This document shows positions 19,384 to 27,236 of a stretch of DNA of 32,164 nucleotides, piece after piece; within the stretch, counting starts at the first letter, position 1; each line of letters begins with the position of its first letter. The notes under the pieces are model-generated. The model saw only the letters and a program-made list of their open reading frames with translations, did no database searches and had not been told where the DNA came from. The position numbers were made by a program, and so were the translations under genes. The DNA is from a virus (taxonomy: Duplodnaviria; Caudoviricetes). The stretch is from positions 1 through 32,164 of IMG/VR virus record IMGVR_UViG_3300037424_000111, one strand, 5' to 3'.

Positions 19384-19525
19384 GACCTAACCACCTTCTT
19401 GTACTATTTCTATCCCGTTCTTGGATAAGAGTAATTCTATGCTCAGACTCACACCTCTTCTCAAACTCCATCCAGTAATCTCTCCACCAGTCGTCGTCAG
19501 GTGTTTCCACCAAAGTCTTTGTCAT
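19325..19525 (-). CDS. Hypothetical protein
   Basis: TAATG coupling with the upstream lipoprotein gene; overlaps the next ORF. Confidence 0.45.
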   Translation of the reverse strand: MTKTLVETPDDDWWRDYWMEFEKRCESEHRITLIQERDRNSTRRWLGHGYFAAGLFGPMQSGSQIL

Positions 19526-19950
19526 TAGCAATCATCCTGCTTCCAAGAACTATTTTCATATACCCACGGCTCAGACAACTGGTTGATACTTGAATTCGGG
19601 TATGTATAACTAACCCTAGCCAAATTGCCAGAAACCTCGTCTATATTCAAAGTAGATATTGACTGTTGACCGTAGACGGACTGGGCTAATTGAGATGCAC
19701 CTACGAACTCAGGTTGTGCTACCCGTTGTTGGCACCGTACCGAGAGCATCCCGTAAGCAGTACTACCCTGACCGGCCAGGAAGGCGTCAGAGTAATTAAC
19801 TACCGCTTGGTACAGCTCTGCCCTCGGATCAGTGTTTAGTTCGTTAGCGTTGCTCTCAGGAGCCGGTGTTGAAGACCCACAGCCTACTAGCACCACTGTA
19901 GCAAGAGAGATGATAGTTACTAAAACATAAGACATTATTCTCTTGGTCAT
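19525..19950 (-). CDS. Lipoprotein, NTF2-like (possible superinfection exclusion)
   Basis: Signal peptide with lipobox LVGC; AYGMLSVRC...ARVSYTY...WVYENSSWK. Exclusion role is inference. Confidence 0.75.
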   Translation of the reverse strand: MTKRIMSYVLVTIISLATVVLVGCGSSTPAPESNANELNTDPRAELYQAVVNYSDAFLAGQGSTAYGMLSVRCQQRVAQPEFVGASQLAQSVYGQQSISTLNIDEVSGNLARVSYTYPNSSINQLSEPWVYENSSWKQDDC

Positions 19951-20123
19951 ACAAAGACAACTCCTTCTGGGCTTTGTACTTGAAACATAAACGGTGACGA
20001 GTAATCTTGAAAGAGTGGATACTCCTCCCGCATAACTACAAGATTTCTAAGACCCCTTTCTGCTTCCTCCATAGTAATGTAATATGCAATTATCTCTGTT
20101 ATTGGATCTGCTACTGCCCACAT
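19947..20123 (-). CDS. Hypothetical protein
   Basis: AAGGAG SD favours ATG 20123; ATGA overlap with the lipoprotein gene; YxTxEEA motif. Confidence 0.55.
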   Translation of the reverse strand: MWAVADPITEIIAYYITMEEAERGLRNLVVMREEYPLFQDYSSPFMFQVQSPEGVVFV

Positions 20124-20305
20124 ATGATTCTCCTTTCTGTTACATATATAGAAAACCATGTCCCATTTCGTTTGATAGACAAACCATAACTTTCTTGGTG
20201 ACCGAGAGCTTTTAACATTGTTCGGTAATCCTCAAGATATTTAAGTGCTTCGTCATATGTCAAATAACTATCTAGAAAGACTGGTATATTCTTGTCAGTG
20301 TCCAT
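20111..20305 (-). CDS. Hypothetical protein
   Basis: Packed in the operon; YLTYDEA motif. Confidence 0.55.
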   Translation of the reverse strand: MDTDKNIPVFLDSYLTYDEALKYLEDYRTMLKALGHQESYGLSIKRNGTWFSIYVTERRIICGQ

Positions 20306-20324
20306 GGCATATTACACCATTCCT

Positions 20325-20504
20325 CTAGTCGTATGGAAAGAACTCAGGATCTTCGCCGTATTGCCAATAAGCATCATCAATCTCATCATAAATTTCAGGA
20401 CCATTATCATTACTTTTGTATATTGGACCACACTCTTCTTTACGAAACATTAGATCGGTATCTTGACCTTCAGTAAGTTCATTAAACTCTGGTTCTTTGA
20501 CCAT
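20325..20504 (-). CDS. Small acidic hypothetical protein
   Basis: GAGGAG SD before ATG 20504; Asp/Glu/Tyr-rich. Confidence 0.55.
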   Translation of the reverse strand: MVKEPEFNELTEGQDTDLMFRKEECGPIYKSNDNGPEIYDEIDDAYWQYGEDPEFFPYD

Positions 20505-20519
20505 TACAATACTCCTCAA

Positions 20520-20903
20520 TCACACGGTGCCACGTGGCAGACAATAGGCCACAGTCTTGAGACTCGGGATATATTGCTTGACAAGCCCACCATCAACCAT
20601 TTGATAGACGGAGATATAAACAGAATCTGCTGTCAACATCTGAGTAGGAGCATCGAGATTTTTATCTAATAATTTCCTGACTTGAAGCTTCATGGTATAC
20701 CAATTGACGGGTAGCTCGAATTCAGTGACATCACAGTCAGCTTCGTCATACAACTTACAATCAAGAACATACGGAGCCTCGTACTTGGGAACCCAGTCAT
20801 AGGCAGTAATTCCCTTTATCCAGAATGTGTACCCAACGAGATTGTCATATTCGGTGTAGAAAGATCCGTTAGACTTCTTCTTAGTTTTTCCTTTTGGTGC
20901 CAT
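20520..20903 (-). CDS. Hypothetical protein (possible OB-fold/SSB-like)
   Basis: GAGGTG SD before ATG 20903; beta-rich aromatic pattern; lies in the replication block. Fold is a guess. Confidence 0.6.
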   Translation of the reverse strand: MAPKGKTKKKSNGSFYTEYDNLVGYTFWIKGITAYDWVPKYEAPYVLDCKLYDEADCDVTEFELPVNWYTMKLQVRKLLDKNLDAPTQMLTADSVYISVYQMVDGGLVKQYIPSLKTVAYCLPRGTV

Positions 20904-21105
20904 TTTTCTCACCTCTCTTTTTCTGTGTAGTTAAGTGCCACACCAGGCCAGGGCACAAGTTACAGATATATGCCCTGGCTACTACGTCATATTTTTTCTC
21001 ATGTCGTATACCTATTAGCATTGCCTGTATCCTCGACCGGTACCGAACCTTCCTGCATGTCGGCACGAGACCTCCCCTCGTGGTCCTGAGATTAATTGAG
21101 ACCAT
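20881..21105 (-). CDS. Small Cys/His zinc-binding protein
   Basis: C-RKVRY...A...RAYICNLC...WHLT pattern, familiar from actinophage hypothetical proteins. Confidence 0.7.
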   Translation of the reverse strand: MVSINLRTTRGGLVPTCRKVRYRSRIQAMLIGIRHEKKYDVVARAYICNLCPGLVWHLTTQKKRGEKNGTKRKN

Positions 21106-21295
21106 CTGTACCAGACTGGTCGGTGGATGACTTGATCTGAGGCGTAAGCGATACCTCGGGGAGATCGTAGACCCTCCGAACTATTTTAATTAGATGATCT
21201 ATTTCATCAATATTTAGAACCATTTGCAATTTTTGCTTTTGAAGAAGTATTAGAAGTTCTTGGGTAGTAGGCGTCTCTTGCAAAATTTCAAGCAT
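21092..21295 (-). CDS. Hypothetical protein
   Basis: AAGGAG SD; Leu-rich helix. Confidence 0.55.
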   Translation of the reverse strand: MLEILQETPTTQELLILLQKQKLQMVLNIDEIDHLIKIVRRVYDLPEVSLTPQIKSSTDQSGTDGLN

Positions 21296-21305
21296 CGCAT
21301 CTCCT

Positions 21306-21430
21306 TGTGACAGCTACCCGGCCTGTGGTGTCACAATGTCACAACTGAGATAGAAACCCTTTGGTACCAGGCACTTTGCCCTGTGACACCGTTGTGACAT
21401 GGTTGTGACATGAGTCAGGATGTCACAACG
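21306..21430. repeat. Iteron-like TGTSACA array A (non-coding, after the helicase stop)
   Basis: Seven TGTCACA/TGTGACA heptamers at 21306, 21329, 21337, 21382, 21393, 21404 and 21421; three are spaced 11 bp apart. Confidence 0.85.
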
Positions 21431-22696
21431 CTAGCTCTTTTGATCTTCCTCGACATGGGTATATTTACCTCTGTCTACCTTGACAACCTCACCAGACTTA
21501 TCCATCCGGATGAGAGCTTGACGAACTCTCACACTATTTATTTTCTCATCATCTGCCATAGTAACTATTTCGGAAGGAGATAAAGCAAAACCCGCTTCTC
21601 TTAAAACTCTTAAGATCACATCTTTTGTCTTAGCGGGAGAATTATTTGGATTTTCACTAACTCTAATAAATCTTAGAGTATTAGGATCATGGCTAAAAAA
21701 TATTTCACTATCAGAGGTTCTACGGCAAGCAGTTTTTATTGTTCCCGAATCATCATTTCTACTTCTAAAAAAACCTAAGATAGTATCTGGTACAGCTATA
21801 AGACCATTACCTCCGGAGAGAGCATGGGTCCAGTCTTCTTCTGCCGGAAGCTGTCTAGTATGGTGAGAAAGAATTATACTAGCTTCGGGAGCAATTTCAT
21901 TAATCTTAACTAATGTTCTATATTCCATATCGTACCTAGAGTCTCCACTTTGATCTACACCACCAAATTTTATAAATGTATCTATAATTATTACTTCAGG
22001 TTCTACTTCATCTACTAAATTTTCTAACTTCTTATATTGATTATTACCAATTATATCTAACCAATTAGTTTTAGTAACTATATGAAAATCAGAAACTTTA
22101 ATATCTTCTTCCGAATTCTGAGAAAGAATTCTTTTTTGTATTTCTATATCTGCATCTTCTAAAGCTAAATATAATACTCTTCTTCTCTTTATATCATAAT
22201 CTAAGAATTTTCTACCGCTAGCTATAGAGAACGCTAGATCAAGAAGAAAATAAGTTTTTCCAGATTTTGGTGGTCCACCGAGGAGAGTCATACCTTCTGA
22301 GATGATCTCAGGTACCAGGAACTGTACGTCCGGTATCTTCCGGTTTATTAGCTGTTGCCCTGTGACAACTCCGGGGATGTCACAACGTGTCACAACCGAT
22401 GTCACAGGCTGTTTCCCTTGCACCGCAGTGGTTTCTATCTCAGTTGTGACATTGTGACGTCTGCTACCACCACCCGGCCTGGCACCAACAACTCTCGCTT
22501 TGATCTTTCTCCGGGGCTTAGAAATTTCTTCCTCATCTTCCGACTTACTTTGCTCAGGTTCTCCACGAAGGGCTCTGAGCTGGTCGTCAAGTTTTGCCAT
22601 ATTCTCTTCCCGGTTCCTAACTGGCTTACGGCCGTTGGACTGCTTAGGAGTCTCTATAGCCTCTTCTAGATCATAGTCCTCAAACATGCTAGTCAT
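21431..22696 (-). CDS. AAA_25/RepA-like (SF4-related) replicative helicase with C-terminal winged HTH
   Basis: GMTLLGGPPKSGKT Walker A, VLYLALED, VIIIDT Walker B, SHHTRQ, SGGNGL; C-terminal LSPSEI...VRQALIRM..SGEVVK..RGKY. Confidence 0.85.
   Translation of the reverse strand: MTSMFEDYDLEEAIETPKQSNGRKPVRNREENMAKLDDQLRALRGEPEQSKSEDEEEISKPRRKIKARVVGARPGGGSRRHNVTTEIETTAVQGKQPVTSVVTRCDIPGVVTGQQLINRKIPDVQFLVPEIISEGMTLLGGPPKSGKTYFLLDLAFSIASGRKFLDYDIKRRRVLYLALEDADIEIQKRILSQNSEEDIKVSDFHIVTKTNWLDIIGNNQYKKLENLVDEVEPEVIIIDTFIKFGGVDQSGDSRYDMEYRTLVKINEIAPEASIILSHHTRQLPAEEDWTHALSGGNGLIAVPDTILGFFRSRNDDSGTIKTACRRTSDSEIFFSHDPNTLRFIRVSENPNNSPAKTKDVILRVLREAGFALSPSEIVTMADDEKINSVRVRQALIRMDKSGEVVKVDRGKYTHVEEDQKS
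22355..22459. repeat. Iteron-like TGTSACA array B (inside the helicase gene), inverted relative to array A
   Basis: Heptamers at 22361, 22378, 22388, 22400, 22445 and 22453 (last one imperfect). 22430-22458 is the exact reverse complement of 21330-21358. Confidence 0.85.
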
Positions 22697-22871
22697 CTAC
22701 CGACACTCCTTGTGCTTCCAGATATTCCCGAAGTGCTCTCCGTACTACTACCGTTATTGTTCGTTCTTGACTTTCTGCAAACTCGTCAAGTGCTCTGCGA
22801 AGATCGACCGGTATATCGATCATCGTCGGTACATTATTACTATTCCTGCGAGTTTTATACTGCTTGTTCAT
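22689..22871 (-). CDS. Ribbon-helix-helix (CopG/Arc-like) DNA-binding protein
   Basis: TMIDIPVDLRRALDEFAESQERTITVVVRRALREYL; overlaps the helicase start; GAGG SD before ATG 22871. Confidence 0.8.
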   Translation of the reverse strand: MNKQYKTRRNSNNVPTMIDIPVDLRRALDEFAESQERTITVVVRRALREYLEAQGVSVDD

Positions 22872-23093
22872 GATCCTCACTCTCTCAATATAGAAATAAA
22901 ATAATTTGGTCTATCACACACTATTTAGTTCTCAAAGTTCGAGAGCTTCTGTTCTTGTCAGCGCGTCCTACGACCGGACCTTCAGCCAGGGGGCCAGTGC
23001 TCCGTCTTCCTTACAGCCATGACACTACATGTCTAGAAACTACAGAGCAAGGCTGAGGACTATGACGTGGGTCACACTGTGGTACAAGATCAG

Positions 23094-23129
23094 TTGACTG
23101 TCCACTACTAGACACGTAGGCTCTATCTA
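23094..23129 (+). promoter_or_regulatory. SigA-type promoter driving a leaderless mRNA
   Basis: TTGACT (23094-23099), 17 nt, TAGGCT (23117-23122), 6 nt, then ATG 23129 with no SD. Confidence 0.7.
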
Positions 23130-23335
23130 TGGGTACTACGCCAGAGGACAGACGAAGGGCAAAGTCCCTGTCAGCAGCCAACACAGCAGCACGGCGACGT
23201 AGTGAGGGGCAGCGGCAGGTCGCCTTCTGGATCACAGCGGACGACGTCAAGAGGATCTTAAGTCTTGGTAGCGGGCTGACCTCTACCGCTAGACGACTCC
23301 TCTTGGACAAGGTGCGGGATGAAGGTGGAGCATGA
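23129..23335 (+). CDS. Small basic DNA-binding protein (RHH-like)
   Basis: RRRSEGQRQVAFWITADD..RI....LTSTARRLL strand-helix-helix pattern; ATGA overlap with the next gene. Confidence 0.6.
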   Translation: MGTTPEDRRRAKSLSAANTAARRRSEGQRQVAFWITADDVKRILSLGSGLTSTARRLLLDKVRDEGGA

Positions 23336-24015
23336 CCAAGCACAAGTATCGAAATAAGATCCTTCTCCGGAAATTAGAGGATCTTCTAGACCATAGATTT
23401 GCTCTTAGACTTACGATGGTCTCTGCCGGTAGGACAGAAGGTGGCGGCGGGAAGCCACAGAAGCGGGAGTCTCGTCCACCGATTAATTTACATGTCCTAG
23501 ATATAATTAAGATTATTGATAAGACGATCACTCAGATTATAGAAGTTGTAGCTAGGGAATTAAGTCTGACGGGAGAGGATGCTCAGTACAACCTTCTTCG
23601 CTATATAGAACAGATAGATCCGGAGTCAGGTGCTAGTAGGTATATAAATACAGCGATCGACTCGAAGATGGTTCTAGCGAGACGTTGTCTAGGCTATGGA
23701 GATCAATTCAGAGAGATTGGTCTTTGCCCGAATAAGTTTAATGAATCACAGAAAATATTGACAGACAGTAATGGTAATTATTTCGCCGAACTAGAAACAG
23801 ATCAATGTTATGTTCTCGACTATGTAGCTTCGGTGAAGCAAACACGATCGGGGGCTAGAAAAGTAGAAGTATGGAAACGAAGCACTCTATTAGCAGACAC
23901 CTCGGCAGATCCTAAATCTTCTGCCGGGGATGTTTTTTGTCCAGTCTGTTCTGCTAGCTGGCCGGCGACACAATGGCTCTCTCTCCGAGCAACCATGGAA
24001 GGTGCCTCGTGCTGA
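23332..24015 (+). CDS. Putative transcriptional regulator with zinc ribbon
   Basis: ESRPPINLHVLD N-terminal motif; GLCP...VFCPVCSASW; coupled to a downstream HTH gene. Function inferred. Confidence 0.6.
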   Translation: MTKHKYRNKILLRKLEDLLDHRFALRLTMVSAGRTEGGGGKPQKRESRPPINLHVLDIIKIIDKTITQIIEVVARELSLTGEDAQYNLLRYIEQIDPESGASRYINTAIDSKMVLARRCLGYGDQFREIGLCPNKFNESQKILTDSNGNYFAELETDQCYVLDYVASVKQTRSGARKVEVWKRSTLLADTSADPKSSAGDVFCPVCSASWPATQWLSLRATMEGASC

Positions 24016-24212
24016 CCTCTGCTGAGATCACCACACTGACTGGTGTCTCCTACCGAACCTTGTGGTCTTGGTCCCGTGAGGGTCACCTGAAGCCCGTCAG
24101 GCAAGGTCGTAGTTGGCTGTGGAACCTAGATCAAGTTAACCGAGTACGTCGTGTCAAGGGACAGAAAGCCTTGTTACGTAAGCTGTTTCAGGAAGATTTG
24201 ACAAACGCTTGA
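24009..24212 (+). CDS. MerR/excisionase-like HTH DNA-binding protein
   Basis: GTG 24009 after GGAAGG; LTSAEITTLTGVSYRTLWSWSREGHL...WNLDQV. Confidence 0.75.
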   Translation: MLTSAEITTLTGVSYRTLWSWSREGHLKPVRQGRSWLWNLDQVNRVRRVKGQKALLRKLFQEDLTNA

Positions 24213-24225
24213 CAGATGTGCTTCC

Positions 24226-24819
24226 ATGGATTTCATTGTGGATCTCTATGCCCAGAGAGGTGATCGGATGTTTCCCGCCTCTTTCCCGGCCGTAAAATCT
24301 GCGAAGCTCCCAGAACCTCCGTGCGAAGTCTGTGGTGTCCCTAACGGTCGTCACGATCATCTAATCCACCAGTTCAAGACAGAGATTGAAGATCCAGAAT
24401 ATAAGCCATGTGGATGCCATCTGGATGAGTTCGACAGTCTAGACTCTTGTCTCAGAGCATCTAGGCATACTGGCCCTTGTTATGCGAAGAACAAAGCGTC
24501 TGGTCAAATGTCTACTTATCTATGCAGAGCTACAGACCATTATCCCCATAGTGAAGACGAGCCGGTCGAACCATGGGCCGGTCCACAGAAGAATATTGAC
24601 AGAACTACTCTTGCTGAGAAATCGCAGAAAATGTTCGGAGATTTCTTCAGGCACCCTCGTGAGGCTACTAAGAAGAAATTACAGAAGTTCGTTGAAGAGA
24701 ACCCAGATATCAAACTTCCTGAGTTTGCTAGAAGGAAGTTACAATTAGAACATGTTCCTACGAACGAAGAACTTATAGAAGAAAACAAACGCCTCAAGAG
24801 AGAGCTTGAGAAAAGATAA
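24226..24819 (+). CDS. Cys/His-rich hypothetical protein
   Basis: CEVC..H..H, CGCH, C...HTGPC, C...H..H; charged coiled-coil C-terminus. Confidence 0.6.
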   Translation: MDFIVDLYAQRGDRMFPASFPAVKSAKLPEPPCEVCGVPNGRHDHLIHQFKTEIEDPEYKPCGCHLDEFDSLDSCLRASRHTGPCYAKNKASGQMSTYLCRATDHYPHSEDEPVEPWAGPQKNIDRTTLAEKSQKMFGDFFRHPREATKKKLQKFVEENPDIKLPEFARRKLQLEHVPTNEELIEENKRLKRELEKR

Positions 24820-24884
24820 GTTATACTCAACTAGGTTTGAAACCTATCTTCCGGGCCAGGTGCTCAGGAAGCAGAGGAGTTGAG

Positions 24885-26012
24885 ATGGGTCACCGTATTC
24901 ACGTTCTTGGATTGCCGCATACTCAGACAACTAACGCCTACTCTATGTGTGCGTACACACAGAAGATCCGAAAATTCTGTACGATGATGCAGAGTATCGA
25001 AGGTAACGAAATCATTTTGTACGCGGGAGACGAAAATGAAGCTACTGTCTCTGAACTAGTCACTTGCATGTCCCGCGAGAAACAAGCAGAGTTCGGCCTT
25101 ACCGGACCAGAAACTATTCTTAATAGCGCGTACGACTGGAACAACCCTCAGTGGACTTACTTTAATGACCAGTGCGTACAGGAAGTCAGGAAGCGTATCC
25201 AACCAGGCGATATTATCGGTGTTATAGCCGGTCTGTGCCAAAAGCCCGTCACAGATGCTTTTCCCGATAATAGGTTCGTTGAGTGGGGCGTTGGATATTC
25301 TGGAACTTACGGTCAATTCAATGTCTATGAATCGTATGCATGGATGCACTGCCTGTATGGTGCTGCTTCGATGGCCAAGGGTGGACCCCATAATCAACAG
25401 GGACGGTTCTACGACACTGTAATTCCGAATTTCTTCGAGGATGATTATTTTCCTTATGTTCCTACCGAAGAACGTGGTGATTATTTCCTCTTTGTCGGTC
25501 GACTTATCGACCTAAAAGGTGTGGCTATCGCTGCTGATGCTTGTCGCGAGATGGGCGAGCGTCTTATTGTCGCTGGTATTGGACCTAATCCACCTTTGTA
25601 CGGAGAACAGGTTGGGCTCATTGGTCCTGACGAGCGCGCTGATCTAATGTCACATGCTAAAGGATTATTCGCTCCAACACTTTACATTGGTCCGTACGAA
25701 GCTGTAGCCGTGGAAGCAATGCTCTGTGGAACGCCAGTTCTTACAACAGACTGGGGTGCTTTTACCGAATATGTCAAGCCTGGCCTTACTGGGTTCCGTT
25801 GTAGGACACTCGGTGAGTTCATTCACGGAGCTAAACTTATCAACGAATGTAAGTTCGATAATAAGAAGATTCACGACTATGCCACAAACTTACTCTCCGT
25901 CAACACTATTCGGTGGCAGTACCAGACTTATTTCAATAGGATTAAGGATCTCGACGGTGCTGGATTCTACGATATGGAACACCACCACGGGATCGAGATG
26001 AAAGAATGGTAG
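24885..26012 (+). CDS. Glycosyltransferase, GT-B family 4-like
   Basis: FLFVGRLIDLKG, LIVAG, EAMLCGTPVLTTDWGAFTEYV..G.TGF. GAGGAG SD favours ATG 24885 over TTG 24837. Confidence 0.9.
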   Translation: MGHRIHVLGLPHTQTTNAYSMCAYTQKIRKFCTMMQSIEGNEIILYAGDENEATVSELVTCMSREKQAEFGLTGPETILNSAYDWNNPQWTYFNDQCVQEVRKRIQPGDIIGVIAGLCQKPVTDAFPDNRFVEWGVGYSGTYGQFNVYESYAWMHCLYGAASMAKGGPHNQQGRFYDTVIPNFFEDDYFPYVPTEERGDYFLFVGRLIDLKGVAIAADACREMGERLIVAGIGPNPPLYGEQVGLIGPDERADLMSHAKGLFAPTLYIGPYEAVAVEAMLCGTPVLTTDWGAFTEYVKPGLTGFRCRTLGEFIHGAKLINECKFDNKKIHDYATNLLSVNTIRWQYQTYFNRIKDLDGAGFYDMEHHHGIEMKEW

Positions 26013-26626
26013 ACCTTAGTCAGCACACGTGGCAGCACGACCACCAGGAATTTGAGCGAGACTGGTGGGGTGATTGTGTAAATACATACGCGGAGGAAAA
26101 TAAGCAGATCAGTTGGGCAAAGTACATGGGGTTAGAAGTAACCGACATGGGTAACCCAGATCGCTTCCCGTTAATAGATTTACATGGTAGGTCGGTCATT
26201 GACATAGGTGGTGGACCAGTCTCATTGCTACTGAAGACTGTCAATGGTGGCTCTCTCGCCGTTATGGACCCTTGTAGTTATCCGGCTTGGGTGTATGGCA
26301 GGTACGAAGCACACGATATTCTATATATCCAGAGCATGGCAGAAAACATGTTCGTAGACCAGATAAAACCACAATGGGACGAAGCATGGATATACAACGT
26401 CCTGCAACATGTTCTCGACCCTGGGGCAGTCATGGACACTGCCTTCCGTGTAGCAAAAACAGTCAGGGTGTTCGAGGGTTTAGAGCTTGGCGTTTCGCCA
26501 GGTCATCCTCACAACTTGATGCAAGACGACATGGACAAGTGGTGTCGCGGGCAGGGAAATATGTACGTCTATCATGACGGTAATTTCTCGCAGAAGATGT
26601 ACTCAATAGTCGTGACGCAAGACTGA
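26006..26626 (+). CDS. Class I SAM-dependent methyltransferase
   Basis: Motif I VIDIGGGP, acidic MDP after strand 2, WDEAWIYNVLQHVLDP; overlaps the glycosyltransferase stop. Confidence 0.8.
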   Translation: MVDLSQHTWQHDHQEFERDWWGDCVNTYAEENKQISWAKYMGLEVTDMGNPDRFPLIDLHGRSVIDIGGGPVSLLLKTVNGGSLAVMDPCSYPAWVYGRYEAHDILYIQSMAENMFVDQIKPQWDEAWIYNVLQHVLDPGAVMDTAFRVAKTVRVFEGLELGVSPGHPHNLMQDDMDKWCRGQGNMYVYHDGNFSQKMYSIVVTQD

Positions 26627-26651
26627 GGCTATAGGAGAGCTGTGATGTCCT

Positions 26652-26864
26652 ATGATCGGTCGAAGAGTAAATATAAATAGAGTCTTGGAATTAGCAAGTG
26701 ACTCCGACGAGCTAACTGAGACAGTAAAAATTGATTTACTCCTCATGGAACTTAGTCAGTACGATATTCTTGGTCCGATCACAGCCCTGATAGACGATCT
26801 TCTAGATCATAGAAACTTGATTATGTCAACGGAAAGTTCTAGTAGACAGTTGGAGACGCTATGA
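26652..26864 (+). CDS. Hypothetical protein
   Basis: ATGA overlap with the next gene; helical Leu/Asp-rich sequence. Confidence 0.55.
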   Translation: MIGRRVNINRVLELASDSDELTETVKIDLLLMELSQYDILGPITALIDDLLDHRNLIMSTESSSRQLETL

Positions 26865-27022
26865 AATATAACAAGTTTCTAGTAGCAACTCTGTCAGCGG
26901 CGGGAGTCCTCCTAGCGACTGTTCTATCCGAGGGAGACGCACAGTTAGTCATGAACGCTGTGGCTGTGGTTCTCGGAGCACTCGGCGTATATCGAGTCCC
27001 TAACAAAGAACCTGAAGAGTAA
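26861..27022 (+). CDS. Small 2-TM holin-like protein (53 aa, not in the ORF track)
   Basis: MKYNKFLVATLSAAGVLLATVLSEGDAQLVMNAVAVVLGALGVYRVPNKEPEE; the GVYxVPN end is typical of actinophage holin-like proteins; GGAG SD. Confidence 0.7.
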   Translation: MKYNKFLVATLSAAGVLLATVLSEGDAQLVMNAVAVVLGALGVYRVPNKEPEE

Positions 27023-27043
27023 TTTCAACGGCGGGAGAATATC

Positions 27044-27235
27044 ATGAACTTTCCTTTACCTCCCGCCCTAGAACACAGGTTACAGAGATCAGAAGATATG
27101 ATGTCGAAGATTGTAGAACATATAGAAAAGACGAACGAGATCCTGGAAGAAATTCTTAGAACTCTTTCGGTTCTTGCTCTTGCCAACAGGGATACTGTGA
27201 AAATAGTTAATAGGCAACTAAATGGCGGGAGCTGA
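27044..27235 (+). CDS. Hypothetical coiled-coil protein
   Basis: GGGAG SD; heptad pattern. Confidence 0.6.
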   Translation: MNFPLPPALEHRLQRSEDMMSKIVEHIEKTNEILEEILRTLSVLALANRDTVKIVNRQLNGGS

Positions 27236-27236
27236 G

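Noticed and set aside
21306-22459. TGT...ACA arrays as Tn7/Mu-like transposon ends or a CRISPR array
   Set aside because: No transposase or target duplication; one array lies in frame inside an intact gene; no repeat-spacer periodicity.
26006-26626. DNA methyltransferase protecting CCWGG sites
   Set aside because: Lacks C5 (ENV, catalytic PC context) and N6/N4 (DPPY/NPPY) motif order; it looks like a small-molecule or sugar methyltransferase.
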